64,000 nucleotides of DNA, taken from positions 15,799 to 79,798 of the forward strand of contig CALFVX010000004.1 in NCBI GenBank assembly GCA_937928765.1. The letters are read 5' to 3'. Positions 51,923 to 62,074 of this stretch are shown here, piece after piece (positions within the stretch are counted from its first letter, which is position 1; each line of letters starts with the position of its first letter). The DNA is from an uncultured Endomicrobiia bacterium. Lineage in GTDB: Bacteria; Elusimicrobiota; Endomicrobiia; DTEH01. A program made the translations under genes and the position numbers. The notes beneath the pieces were generated by a model. The model was not told where the DNA came from. It saw only the letters and a program-made list of their open reading frames with translations, and did not search any database.

Positions 51923-52609
51923 TCATCTTGCATGATATCCTACTGGCATAATATAAAATGGTGTTTCATCATCAGGTAAACTAAGTAAATTTTTAACTTC
52001 TTTTTCGTTATATGAACCAACTTGAACTGTTGCTAACTTTAAAGCAGTAGCCTGTATGGTTAAATTTTGTGCTGAATGGCCTAAATCTATATTTATATAT
52101 TTTTCTCTTCCCCTGGAGCCATATCTTGATGTTTTATCGTACTTTGCTGCCCATACAAAACTCACTGGTGCTTGTGAAATAAAAAATTGGTTATAAGAAG
52201 CTTTTGTAAGTTCATCTCTTAAATCACCTAGTTTTATTAACTCTAAAGAATGAGTTTTGTGGTTATATTTATAAACTCCATTTTGTAAATTTTCTACATT
52301 ACCACATACAACATAAACCTCTAAAGGATAAATACCTCCTGCCGAAGGATAAACACGGGTTGCAGAAGAGATCCCATCTATTGTTAATCCTGCAGCAGAC
52401 CACAAAAGCTGGCTTAGTTGTTGTAAAGTCAATGGTTTTTCTTTATCAAATCTTCTTGTTGCTTTCCATTTATATATTGTTTCTTCAAAAGAAACATTGC
52501 TCTTATAGTAAGGTTTTGGAAGTGAGATGGTATTTTTTTGAGTAAAAATTAGTGTGGTAAGTAATATTGAGGATAAAACTATTAGATGAATTTTATGATA
52601 TATTTTCAT
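51923..52609 (-). CDS. SagB/ThcOx-type dehydrogenase (nitroreductase superfamily) with N-terminal signal anchor
   Basis: YPSAGGIYPLEVYVV and nitroreductase-fold motifs. Likely start MKIYHKIHLIVLSSILL (Met-19 of the track ORF 51923..52663). Confidence 0.75.
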   Translation of the reverse strand: MKIYHKIHLIVLSSILLTTLIFTQKNTISLPKPYYKSNVSFEETIYKWKATRRFDKEKPLTLQQLSQLLWSAAGLTIDGISSATRVYPSAGGIYPLEVYVVCGNVENLQNGVYKYNHKTHSLELIKLGDLRDELTKASYNQFFISQAPVSFVWAAKYDKTSRYGSRGREKYINIDLGHSAQNLTIQATALKLATVQVGSYNEKEVKNLLSLPDDETPFYIMPVGYHAR

Positions 52610-52710
52610 AATTTTAAATCCCCTTTTATTTTTTATAAGGTTATGCTGAATTTTATATATCAATTTATCTAATTTTAATAAAATATAAATTCTTTAAACC
52701 ACTAATTAAT

Positions 52711-52782
52711 AGCAACCATCACCTGTCAGCTAACTATCTTTTTCACTTTTTAACTTTATAAATCTTTCACTATCTTACTTAT
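52711..52782 (-). repeat. Purine-rich element copy h (A then B on the minus strand), upstream of the SagB-like gene
   Basis: Minus strand reads aagtaagatagtgaaagatttataaagttaaaaagtgaaaaagatagttagctgacaggtgatggttgct. Confidence 0.5.
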
Positions 52783-52829
52783 TCCTAATTATTGTTTTAA
52801 ATATAAAATTTTAATATTAACATCAACAA

Positions 52830-54680
52830 ATGGAAAAAGTAATATACTATTTATTTTTAACAATTTTTTGTATCTTCTTTTTAATAGTTCCGATAATTCC
52901 AGATGTTCAAATTTCAAGGCCAAAACTTTTATTTATAGAAATTTTAAGTTATATTTTATTTTCTTCTTTTGTTATATATTCAATTTTAAAAAATAAAATT
53001 ATTTTTAGAAAAAATAAATTTTTATATTTTACATTTTTGTTTTTAGTATATATTATTATAAGATACATCTTTTCTTCTAACAAACTACTTGCTTTTACTG
53101 AATTAAAACGATTTAGTTTAAGCATATGGCTGTTTTATTCTATAAGTTTAATAAATCCAAAACATTATAATATATTATTTAACTTTTTTATCCTCGGCTC
53201 ATCTTTAGCAGTAATTTATGGTTTATTACAATACTATGGTGGTTTATGGATTCTAAAAGTGCCAAAATATGACAGAGTAATGAGTATGTTTGGCAATCCA
53301 ATATTTTTTGCTGCTTATTTGATAATTTTTTTACCTATAATTTTTGGGATATATCTTATTGAAGGAAATAAAAAAATTAAGTTTTTATATATTTTAGTTT
53401 TAATTATTTCAGGAGTTGTAATTTATTATACAAAAACTCGTGCTGCGTTTTTAGGAATATTTTTTTCAGGAATGTTTTTTGTTTATAATATTTATAGTTC
53501 TAAAAATAAGTTTAAATATTTGTTAATTATATTAATTACATTTTTTATCTTTGTAGTTTTAACTAGAAACATATGGTTAAGACAACAAGCACATTTTTTA
53601 ATCTGGAGGGATACTTTAAAGATGTGGAATTCAAATCTAATATTTGGTATAGGATTAGGTGAGTTTCATACTAAATTTGTTAATTTTGCTTCTGAAAGGC
53701 TTCGTAATATCTGGCCTGAAAAAAATTTTATCATCAATGATGCACACAATGAATATATTCAGTTTTTAGCAGAAAATGGAATTTTAGGATTTATTTTTTT
53801 TGTTTTATTAATATATTTATTTTTTTATTCGTCTTTAAAATATATTAAAAAGATTTCTTTTAAAGATAAATATGAGTTTAAAACAAAAATAATTTTAACA
53901 TCTTTACTTAGCGGCTGTGTCGCTTTGTTAACACAAAATTTTTTCAGTGTTGATTTACGATTTATAATTTCTAATATATATCTTTTTCTTATAATGGGTT
54001 TTGTTATAGGATTTACAAGTGAGATTGAAGAAAAGAAGTTAATTTTTGATAGCTTGATAGTAAAATTTTTTTCTTTAACTATAGTTTTCTTCTTACTTGG
54101 AATATTTTCAATATCTAAAAAAACTTTCAGTATGTTAAGTTTAATACATTTTACTCCACAAGGGATAAAGTTATATATAGACGATGTTGGCAATGGACTG
54201 CTACAAAATTTGTTAAGACCATATATAGCAAATTACAAACTTAAACAAGAAAAAGATTTTTTTGATGAAAAAATTGTAGATTCAGCTAAAACATTAGAAG
54301 AACTTGAAGAATTAAAGAACAAATTTCCTAATAAACATATAATTTATGAGCGTATTGCATGGATTTATGCAAAAGAAAAAAATTTTAACAAAGCAATAGA
54401 AAATTATCTTCAAGTAATAAAAATTAATCCACGATCATATTCTTCATATAACAATTTAGGTAATATAATGTTTGTATTAAACAATATTGATAAAGCAATA
54501 GAGTTTTATAAAAAATCAATTGAAATTAATCCAAATCAGGTTGATGCAAGGATTAATTTAGGTATTGCTTATTATTATCAAGGTAAGATAAATCTTGCAG
54601 CAGAAGAGTTTAATGAAGTTTTAAAGATAGATTCTAAAAATGAAAAAGCAATTTTTTACATCAAAAAAATAAGAGAATAA
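52830..54680 (+). CDS. O-antigen ligase/polymerase-like (Wzy_C) polytopic membrane protein with C-terminal TPR repeats
   Basis: About 12 TM segments, Wzy_C-like loop (TKTRAAFLG...HNEYIQFLAENG) and three or more TPR units at the C-terminus. Confidence 0.78.
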   Translation: MEKVIYYLFLTIFCIFFLIVPIIPDVQISRPKLLFIEILSYILFSSFVIYSILKNKIIFRKNKFLYFTFLFLVYIIIRYIFSSNKLLAFTELKRFSLSIWLFYSISLINPKHYNILFNFFILGSSLAVIYGLLQYYGGLWILKVPKYDRVMSMFGNPIFFAAYLIIFLPIIFGIYLIEGNKKIKFLYILVLIISGVVIYYTKTRAAFLGIFFSGMFFVYNIYSSKNKFKYLLIILITFFIFVVLTRNIWLRQQAHFLIWRDTLKMWNSNLIFGIGLGEFHTKFVNFASERLRNIWPEKNFIINDAHNEYIQFLAENGILGFIFFVLLIYLFFYSSLKYIKKISFKDKYEFKTKIILTSLLSGCVALLTQNFFSVDLRFIISNIYLFLIMGFVIGFTSEIEEKKLIFDSLIVKFFSLTIVFFLLGIFSISKKTFSMLSLIHFTPQGIKLYIDDVGNGLLQNLLRPYIANYKLKQEKDFFDEKIVDSAKTLEELEELKNKFPNKHIIYERIAWIYAKEKNFNKAIENYLQVIKINPRSYSSYNNLGNIMFVLNNIDKAIEFYKKSIEINPNQVDARINLGIAYYYQGKINLAAEEFNEVLKIDSKNEKAIFYIKKIRE

Positions 54681-54686
54681 ATTTCT

Positions 54687-55889
54687 ATGAATAATTTAAT
54701 AAATTATCAAACTACAGATTCAATATGTAAACATTTTAGTATTTGTGGTGGGTGTGAATTTCAAGATATTGAATATTCTCAACAGTTAAAAAATAAACAA
54801 GATTTTTTAAAAGAGTTATTTAAAGAGTTTGATATTAAAGAAACTCATTCGATAATTCCTTCCTGTGGAATAACTTATTACAGAAACAAAATGGAGTTTG
54901 TCGTTGGTAAAGATAAATCTGGCAAAGTTGTTGCTGGTTTAAGACAAAAAGGTAAATTTTATAAAATTGTAGATTTGTCTGAATGCATAATTAGTTTAGA
55001 ATATGTAGGTGAAATATTAAAAATCATAAAAGAATGGATTAAAGAGAACAATATTGAACCATATGATCTTATAACTCATAAAGGAAAGTTTAGATATATT
55101 GTTTTGCGCCATTCAAAAACTACAGATCAAATAATGTTAAATTTTGTTATAACAGGAACAAAATATCAGTTTGAACAAAATGAAAAAAAAATATTTTTAA
55201 ATATAGTTGATAAGATTAAAAAAATACAAAATTTGTATTCTTTATATATCTCGATAAACAATAAATTATCTGACAATGCTTCAGCAGAAGAGATGTTTCA
55301 TCTTTATGGCGAAAAATATATTACAGAAGTTCTTAACGGAATAAAATATTTAATTTATCCAACAATTTTTTTCCAAACAAACACAAAAACAGCAGAAGTA
55401 ATGTATAAAATAATCCAACAACAGATAATTGATGGTAATGTTTTAGACATCTATTGTGGCAGCGGTGGCATAACATTACAAGTCTATAATAACAAAAATG
55501 CGAATAAAATAATAGGTATAGATTCTTCATCAGATAACATAGAAGTCGCAAAAAAAAATTGTATTTTAAATAATATTTCAGAAGATAAAGTAGAATTTGT
55601 AAAAGACGCTGCAGAAGTGTTTTTGTTAAAATTGTGGAAATCAAAGTTTTTATCAAATTTGTCTACTATAATAGTAGATCCTCCAAGAGCTGGATTGAGT
55701 AAAAAAGTTAAATATATGATTTCTGATTTAGGAGTGAATAGAATAATATATATTTCCTGTAATCCAGAAACCTTGAAAGAAGATTTGAAAAGTTTTGTTA
55801 AATTTTATAATATTAAAAAATTAATTCCTATAGATATGTTTCCTAATACAAAACATATTGAAATAATTTGTGTTTTAGACCATAAATAG
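54687..55889 (+). CDS. 23S rRNA/tRNA (uracil-5-)-methyltransferase, RumA/TrmA family (Fe-S cysteines, no TRAM domain)
   Basis: CKHFSICGGCEFQ cluster, FFQTN, DIYCGSGG SAM motif, DPPRAGL, catalytic-type ISCNP. Confidence 0.8.
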   Translation: MNNLINYQTTDSICKHFSICGGCEFQDIEYSQQLKNKQDFLKELFKEFDIKETHSIIPSCGITYYRNKMEFVVGKDKSGKVVAGLRQKGKFYKIVDLSECIISLEYVGEILKIIKEWIKENNIEPYDLITHKGKFRYIVLRHSKTTDQIMLNFVITGTKYQFEQNEKKIFLNIVDKIKKIQNLYSLYISINNKLSDNASAEEMFHLYGEKYITEVLNGIKYLIYPTIFFQTNTKTAEVMYKIIQQQIIDGNVLDIYCGSGGITLQVYNNKNANKIIGIDSSSDNIEVAKKNCILNNISEDKVEFVKDAAEVFLLKLWKSKFLSNLSTIIVDPPRAGLSKKVKYMISDLGVNRIIYISCNPETLKEDLKSFVKFYNIKKLIPIDMFPNTKHIEIICVLDHK

Positions 55890-55950
55890 AAAAAATTTTG
55901 TAGTTTATAAGCACAACACTTAATTTCTAATTGATAAAAAAATAGATATT

Positions 55951-56044
55951 AGAAGTGAGAAAGTGAAAAAGTGAGAATGTTATAAAGTAAGAAACATAAT
56001 TAGTAGAGTGTATGGTGGTAGGTAGACTTAAGTAACAGGTGTTG
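55951..56044 (+). repeat. Purine-rich element copy i (best-preserved A module, then B module), upstream of pcrA
   Basis: agaagtgagaaagtgaaaaagtgagaatg...ggtggtaggtagacttaagtaacaggtgttg. TGA at 55956, 55964 and 55972 (8-nt spacing) falls in all three frames. Confidence 0.6.
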
Positions 56045-56079
56045 TTTAATCTTTTTATAATACGAAAAGTTTAATAAAA

Positions 56080-58359
56080 ATGAAAGATTTATTATCAAAG
56101 CTAAACGAACAACAACTTGCTGCTGTAAAATACATAGAAGGACCAATTGTAATTTTTGCAGGTGCTGGTAGTGGTAAAACTAGAGTTATAACATATCGTA
56201 TAGCGTATTTATTAAATTTAGGCGTAGATCCTTATAGTATTATAGCAGTAACTTTTACAAATAAAGCAGCAGAAGAAATGAAAACTCGTATTTGTGATCT
56301 AGTAGGACAAAAAGCTGAAAATGTTTTGATTTCTACATTTCATTCTTTTTGTGCAAAATTTTTATATCAGGAGGCGAAAAATATTAATTTAAACAAAAAT
56401 TTTTTAATTTATGACGAATCAGATTCTAAAAAAGTCATAAAAGATTGTATAAAAGAGTTATCTTTAGATGAGCAAAGAATTCCTTTATCTTATATTTATG
56501 AGGAGATAAGTAGAGCAAAGGATAATATTATAGATGCAGAATCATACAGAATTAATTCTTTAATTTCACAAAATCCGTTTAAAGAAACCGTTGCAGAGAT
56601 ATATTTGAAGTATCAACAAAAGCTAAAAAGTTATAATGCGTTAGATTTTGGCGATTTAATAATGAAAACAATTGAAATTTTGAAAGACCCACAGTTTGCA
56701 AGGATTAAAGAAAAATATTCTGAAAGGTTTAAATTTATACATGTTGATGAATATCAAGATGTGAACTTTGCACAAGTTGTGTTGTTAAAACTTCTTTCTT
56801 CTAAACATAAAAATATTTGTGTTGTAGGTGATGATGACCAAGCAATATATTCTTGGCGTGGAAGTGATATGAATTATTTATTAAATTTTAAAAAAGATTT
56901 TTCTTTTGAAAATATAGAAGTAAAAGAATTTAAATTAGAAAAGAATTACAGATCAAAACAGTCAATACTTGATATAGGCAATATTTTAATTTCTAAAAAT
57001 AAAAACAGAGTTAGTAAAATTTTGTTTAGTGAAATAAAAGGTAAAATTGAAGATGATATTAAGATTTTAAGGTTTCAAAACGAATACGAAGAAGCAAAAT
57101 TTGTTGCAAAAGAAATTAGAAGTTTAATAAAAGAAAAAAAAACTGATATAATAAATTTTGCAGTGTTTTATAGAACAAATGCGCAATCTCGTGTATTTGA
57201 AGATGTTTTTAGAGAAGAAGATATTACATATAAAATAGTTGGTTCATTAAGTTTTTATGACCGTAGCGAAATTAAAGATATTTTAGCATATTTAAGAATA
57301 ATTATTAATCCTGAAGATAACATTTCGCTTAAAAGAATAATTAATACACCTTCAAGAGGTATCGGTGATACCACAATTCTTTATCTTGAAACTTTAGCAA
57401 AAGAGAAAAAAACATCTTTATGGCAGCAACTTGTAGAGATTGATAATACAGAACTTTCTTTGAAAACTAAAAATGCAGTATGGAAATTTTTGACATTATA
57501 TGATATTCTTAAAAGAGAAAAAGAAATGTTGTATCCATCAGAGTTTATTGAATTTTTGTTAGATAAAACAGGATATTTAAAAATGCTTGAAGAAAATTTA
57601 TATTTTGAAAATAAAATTGATAAAATAGAAAATGTTAAGGAGCTAATTTCTTTAGCAAAAAATTACGAAATTCAACAGAATATCACTACTTTAGAAGAAT
57701 TTTTAACAAAGATTTCTCTTACAACAAATATAGAAACAGAAAAAAAATATTACAAAGGTAATAAAGAAAATATTGTTTCATTAATGACATTGCATTCAGC
57801 AAAAGGTCTTGAGTTTGATGTTGTTTTTTTAACAGGACTTGAAGAAGGTGTTTTGCCTACACGGTGGGCAATAAAGAAAGAAAACAATTTTTATAGGTTT
57901 TTAGAAAATAAAATTACAGAAATAAATTACAATGAAAATATCTGCAGCATAGAGGAAGAAAGAAGGTTGTGCTATGTAGGTATAACTCGGGCTAAAAAAA
58001 CAATATATTTAACCTATTCTGAAGAAAGAAATGTTTGTGGAGTTAAAATGCGTATGCTTGCATCGAGATTTTTAAATGAAATTTTAGAATATTATAATAA
58101 AAAATTATTTAAAGAAAACAGTGAACTTAAAAATATTGTTTTTAAAACAGAAGATATCTCTCAGAATGAAGAGTTTAAAGTTGGTGAATATGTTCTGCAT
58201 GAAAAATTTGGTATAGGAAAAATTAAGGAGATTTACAAAGAACCAACAAGTGATAAAATAGAAGTAATTTTTTATGATGGTAAAATAAGAAAGTTAGATT
58301 TAGAATATGCTAATTTGAAAAAAATTAAGGGGTATAACAAAAATGCAAAAAATAACTAA
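56080..58359 (+). CDS. pcrA: ATP-dependent DNA helicase PcrA/UvrD (SF1)
   Basis: AGAGSGKT, TFTNKAA, DEYQD, VGDDDQAIYSWRG, TLHSAKGLEF and YVGITRA motifs. Confidence 0.9.
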   Translation: MKDLLSKLNEQQLAAVKYIEGPIVIFAGAGSGKTRVITYRIAYLLNLGVDPYSIIAVTFTNKAAEEMKTRICDLVGQKAENVLISTFHSFCAKFLYQEAKNINLNKNFLIYDESDSKKVIKDCIKELSLDEQRIPLSYIYEEISRAKDNIIDAESYRINSLISQNPFKETVAEIYLKYQQKLKSYNALDFGDLIMKTIEILKDPQFARIKEKYSERFKFIHVDEYQDVNFAQVVLLKLLSSKHKNICVVGDDDQAIYSWRGSDMNYLLNFKKDFSFENIEVKEFKLEKNYRSKQSILDIGNILISKNKNRVSKILFSEIKGKIEDDIKILRFQNEYEEAKFVAKEIRSLIKEKKTDIINFAVFYRTNAQSRVFEDVFREEDITYKIVGSLSFYDRSEIKDILAYLRIIINPEDNISLKRIINTPSRGIGDTTILYLETLAKEKKTSLWQQLVEIDNTELSLKTKNAVWKFLTLYDILKREKEMLYPSEFIEFLLDKTGYLKMLEENLYFENKIDKIENVKELISLAKNYEIQQNITTLEEFLTKISLTTNIETEKKYYKGNKENIVSLMTLHSAKGLEFDVVFLTGLEEGVLPTRWAIKKENNFYRFLENKITEINYNENICSIEEERRLCYVGITRAKKTIYLTYSEERNVCGVKMRMLASRFLNEILEYYNKKLFKENSELKNIVFKTEDISQNEEFKVGEYVLHEKFGIGKIKEIYKEPTSDKIEVIFYDGKIRKLDLEYANLKKIKGYNKNAKNN

Positions 58360-58651
58360 AGAAGAAGTAAAAAAAATAGCATATCTTTCAAGATTAGCAT
58401 TATCAGAAAAAGAACTTGAAATATACTCTCAACAATTAGAAAAGATACTTGAATATATGGATAAACTTAACAGTGTTGATACATCAAAAATAGAGCCGGC
58501 TACAAATATGATTAAACTTTATCCTAAAATAAACATAACACATAATTATAGAAATGATGAACCAAAAGATAGTAATTGTCAAAAAGAAATTCTTGACAAC
58601 GCACCTCAAAGAGTCAACAATTATTTCAAAGTAGAAAAAGTTATTGAATAA
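58343..58651 (+). CDS. gatC: Asp/Glu-tRNA amidotransferase subunit C
   Basis: ITKEEVKKIAYLSRLALSEKELE....L..IL.Y...L..VDT pattern; about 100 aa. Confidence 0.87.
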   Translation: MQKITKEEVKKIAYLSRLALSEKELEIYSQQLEKILEYMDKLNSVDTSKIEPATNMIKLYPKINITHNYRNDEPKDSNCQKEILDNAPQRVNNYFKVEKVIE

Positions 58652-58678
58652 ATATTTTTTAGAAAGGAGAAAAATTTT

Positions 58679-58873
58679 ATGTCAAGAAAATGTTTATTAT
58701 GTGAAAAAAATCCAAAAGCAGGTAAGAATGTTGCACATTCTAAGAAATCTACTCCAAGAAGATTTTTACCTAATGTCCAAAAAAAAGTTTTTAAGTTTAA
58801 AGGGAAATTGTACAAAGGATACATATGTACAAGATGTATGAGGACATATAAAGATGAAATAATTTACTTATAA
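58679..58873 (+). CDS. rpmB: 50S ribosomal protein L28
   Basis: [16 protein letters not shown].....R.F.PN.Q signature. AGGAG RBS. Confidence 0.9.
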   Translation: MSRKCLLCEKNPKAGKNVAHSKKSTPRRFLPNVQKKVFKFKGKLYKGYICTRCMRTYKDEIIYL

Positions 58874-58877
58874 TATA

Positions 58878-59852
58878 ATGAAAAAAGAAGTGATACTTAA
58901 AAATACAAAAATAAAAATAATTTTTGGTGATATTACTGAAATACCTGTTGACGCTATTGTTAATCCTGTCAATACGAAATTGAAATTAGATTTTGGTCTT
59001 TCAAAACTGATAAGGCAAAAATGTAGTGATTTGATACAAAAAGAATGTGATAAATTTGTTCCTATAGAAGTTGGCTCTTCAGTTATCAGTTCTTCTTTTA
59101 AATTAAAAACTTGCAAATACATAATACACTCTGCTACAACAGATACTGATTTTAAAACAAATCAGGAGTATATAAGATTAGCAACAAGAAATGTATTAAA
59201 AATTGCTGAAAAGAAAAATATAAAATCAATATCATTTCCAGCTTTATGTTCTGCTACAAGAAAATTCTCTTATGAACATATAGCAAAAATTATGGTTGAA
59301 GAAATTACAAGATATATTTTAGAAAATAAAGAAACAAAAATTAGAGAAATACTTTTTGTATTAAAAGATAAAAAAACATATAAAATTTTTTCAGAATTAA
59401 TACCCGAACATATAGGATATATAAATCGTAAGATAGGTGTTTATCCTATACCTACAGTTGATATAATAATTAATGTGAAAACAAAAAATAAATCTGGTAT
59501 TGTTTTGATAGAACGTAAAAATCCTCCATATGGTTGGGCAATACCAGGCGGATTTGTAGAATACAATGAATCTTTAGAAACTACAGCTTTAAGAGAATCA
59601 GAAGAAGAAACAGGGCTTAAAATAAAAAATTTAAAACAATTTCACACATATTCTGAACCAGGTAGAGATCCAAGATTTCATACAATTACTACAGTTTTTA
59701 TTGCCGAAGCAGACAAGCTTCCTAAAGCCTCATCTGATGCTAAAAGAGTTGCAGTTGCAACAAAAGAAGAAATTTTTTCTGACAAATATCCATTAGTTTT
59801 TGACCACAAAAAAATCTTACAAGACTATTTTGATTATATAGAATCAAAATAA
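58878..59852 (+). CDS. Macro domain (ADP-ribose/O-acetyl-ADP-ribose binding or hydrolase) fused to a NUDIX hydrolase
   Basis: N-half [16 protein letters not shown]...FPALCS. C-half Nudix box [24 protein letters not shown]. Confidence 0.8.
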   Translation: MKKEVILKNTKIKIIFGDITEIPVDAIVNPVNTKLKLDFGLSKLIRQKCSDLIQKECDKFVPIEVGSSVISSSFKLKTCKYIIHSATTDTDFKTNQEYIRLATRNVLKIAEKKNIKSISFPALCSATRKFSYEHIAKIMVEEITRYILENKETKIREILFVLKDKKTYKIFSELIPEHIGYINRKIGVYPIPTVDIIINVKTKNKSGIVLIERKNPPYGWAIPGGFVEYNESLETTALRESEEETGLKIKNLKQFHTYSEPGRDPRFHTITTVFIAEADKLPKASSDAKRVAVATKEEIFSDKYPLVFDHKKILQDYFDYIESK

Positions 59853-59870
59853 ATTTAAGGAGTTTTTAAT

Positions 59871-60878
59871 ATGAAAATTTTAATTACAGGGGTTGCTGGA
59901 TTTATAGGGTTTCATCTTGCAAAAAGGTTAATATCTGAAAATGAAGAAGTTATAGGTGTTGACAACCTCTCTTCTTATTATGATGTAAACTTAAAACTTG
60001 CAAGACTAAAACAGATTGAAGATTATAAAAATTTTAAATTTATCAAAGTTGATTTAAAAGATACAAAATATGTTTTTAGCCTTTTTGAAGAAGAAAAATT
60101 TGATTATATTCTCCATATGGCAGCGCAAGCAGGTGTAAGATATTCTTTAGAAAATCCATATCAATATATAGATAGCAACATTTTTGCAACAGTGAACTTA
60201 TTTGAAGCAATAAGAAAACATCAAATAAAACATTTTGTTTTAGCATCTACTAGTTCTGTATATGGAGCAAATAAAAACATACCGTTTTCTGTGCACCATA
60301 ATGTTGACCATCCAATATCTTTATATGCCGCAACAAAAAAATCAGCAGAGTTAATATCACATTACTACTCTGCAATATTTAATATTCCTACCACAGTATT
60401 AAGATTTTTTACTGTCTATGGTCCTTGGGGCAGGCCTGATATGGCACTTTTTATTTTTACAAAAAATATTCTTGAAGATAAACCAATCGATGTTTACAAC
60501 TATGGAAAAATGAAACGTGATTTTACATATATTGATGATATAGTTGAAGGAGTGGTTCGTGTGATGAGAAGAGTGCCACAAAAGAATTCTTATTGGGATG
60601 CAGAAAATCCTGACCCTGCAACAAGTTTTGCTCCATATAAAATTTATAACATTGGCAACAACCAACCAGTTGAACTTTTAAAATTTATAGAAGTTATTGA
60701 AGAATGTTTAGGAAAGAAATCAAAGAAGAATCTATTACCTTTACAACCTGGCGATGTTATTGAAACATATGCAGATGTAGATGATCTAATAAAAGATGTT
60801 GGATTCAAGCCACAAACGCCAATAGAGGTTGGTATAAAGAAATTTGTTGAGTGGTATAAAAGTTTTTATTCTAAATAA
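59871..60878 (+). CDS. NAD-dependent sugar-nucleotide epimerase (UDP-glucuronate 4-epimerase / CapI-like, extended SDR)
   Basis: GVAGFIGFH Rossmann motif, YAATKKSAE catalytic YxxxK, FTVYGPWGRPDMA. Confidence 0.85.
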   Translation: MKILITGVAGFIGFHLAKRLISENEEVIGVDNLSSYYDVNLKLARLKQIEDYKNFKFIKVDLKDTKYVFSLFEEEKFDYILHMAAQAGVRYSLENPYQYIDSNIFATVNLFEAIRKHQIKHFVLASTSSVYGANKNIPFSVHHNVDHPISLYAATKKSAELISHYYSAIFNIPTTVLRFFTVYGPWGRPDMALFIFTKNILEDKPIDVYNYGKMKRDFTYIDDIVEGVVRVMRRVPQKNSYWDAENPDPATSFAPYKIYNIGNNQPVELLKFIEVIEECLGKKSKKNLLPLQPGDVIETYADVDDLIKDVGFKPQTPIEVGIKKFVEWYKSFYSK

Positions 60879-60903
60879 TGTGTTGAAAAACAAAATATCT
60901 TTT

Positions 60904-62019
60904 ATGAAAATATTATTTATTTTTGGCACACGTCCTGAAGCAATAAAACTTGCTCCACTTATTTTTGAATTTAAAAAACAACCATCAAAATTTGAAGTAA
61001 AGGTTTGTATTACATCACAACATAAAGAAATGTTACAACAAGTTATAAATTTTTTTGATATAAAAATTGACTATGATCTTCACATAATGGAACCTAATCA
61101 GACACTTTTCAAAATCACATCTAAGATTATAGAAAGAATAGAAAATGTTTTAAACAAATTTAATCCAGATTTTATTTTTGTCCAAGGAGATGCATCATCA
61201 GCATTTTTAGGCGCGCTTGCTGGGTTTTATAAAAAAATAAAGATTGCACATGTAGAAGCAGGATTAAGAAGTTATGACAAATATTCGCCTTTCCCTGAAG
61301 AAGTTAACCGTGTATTAATTTCTCATATAGCAGATTATCATTTTGCACCAACAAAACTTGCAAAAGAGAATTTGAATAAAGAATGGATTAAGAAAAATGT
61401 CTGGGTTGTGGGAAACACAGTTATAGATGCTTTGTTTTTAACATTAAAGATAATAAAAAAGGAAGAAAAAAAATATGAAAAATTTTTTAATTTTTTAGAT
61501 TTTTCAAAAAAAATAATTCTTGTTACAAGCCACAGACGAGAAAGTTTTGGTGAACCGTTTAAAGAGATATGTTTAGCAATAAAATCTCTTGCAGAAGAGT
61601 TTAAAGATGAGATAGATATAGTTTATCCTTTACATTTAAATCCAAATGTAAGAAAACCCGTATTTGAGATTTTAAAAGATCAAAAAAATGTCAATTTAAT
61701 AGAACCTCTTTCTTACTCGTATTTAGTATGGTTACTTAATAAATCATACTTTGTCTTAACTGATTCTGGTGGTATTCAGGAAGAAGCACCTTCTTTAGGT
61801 AAACCAGTTTTAGTTATGCGTAATGTAACAGAAAGAATTGAAGGCATAAAAGCAGGCACTGCAAAACTTGTTGGCACAAAAAAAGAAAGTATTTTTAAAA
61901 ATGCAGAAAAACTTTTAATAAACAAAGATTTGTATCAAAAAATGGCCAAAGCAAAAAATCCGTATGGTGATGGCAAATCATCAGAAAGAATAGTTGAAAT
62001 TATAAGAAAACTTAAATAA
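60904..62019 (+). CDS. wecB: UDP-N-acetylglucosamine 2-epimerase (non-hydrolysing)
   Basis: MKILFIFGTRPEAIKLAPL, VQGDASS, HVEAGLRS and TDSGGIQEEAPSLGKPVLVMR motifs. The track start 60844 is an upstream in-frame extension. Confidence 0.9.
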   Translation: MKILFIFGTRPEAIKLAPLIFEFKKQPSKFEVKVCITSQHKEMLQQVINFFDIKIDYDLHIMEPNQTLFKITSKIIERIENVLNKFNPDFIFVQGDASSAFLGALAGFYKKIKIAHVEAGLRSYDKYSPFPEEVNRVLISHIADYHFAPTKLAKENLNKEWIKKNVWVVGNTVIDALFLTLKIIKKEEKKYEKFFNFLDFSKKIILVTSHRRESFGEPFKEICLAIKSLAEEFKDEIDIVYPLHLNPNVRKPVFEILKDQKNVNLIEPLSYSYLVWLLNKSYFVLTDSGGIQEEAPSLGKPVLVMRNVTERIEGIKAGTAKLVGTKKESIFKNAEKLLINKDLYQKMAKAKNPYGDGKSSERIVEIIRKLK

Positions 62020-62074
62020 AATTCTACTAATCAAAATAAACAAAATATTATTTTTTTAAAAAAATTTTCACATC

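Noticed and set aside
58644-58841. 65-aa ORF overlapping rpmB in another frame
   Set aside because: The 58679 frame gives a textbook L28 sequence with an RBS. The alternative frame has no recognisable features.
60844-60903. Apparent 35-nt overlap of wecB with the upstream epimerase, and similar long N-terminal extensions in the track (62122, 62942, 52663, 50768, 44981, 9882, 27312)
   Set aside because: The track uses the longest ORF with alternative starts. Internal ATG codons preceded by an RBS, or giving proper N-terminal motifs or signal peptides, are more plausible.
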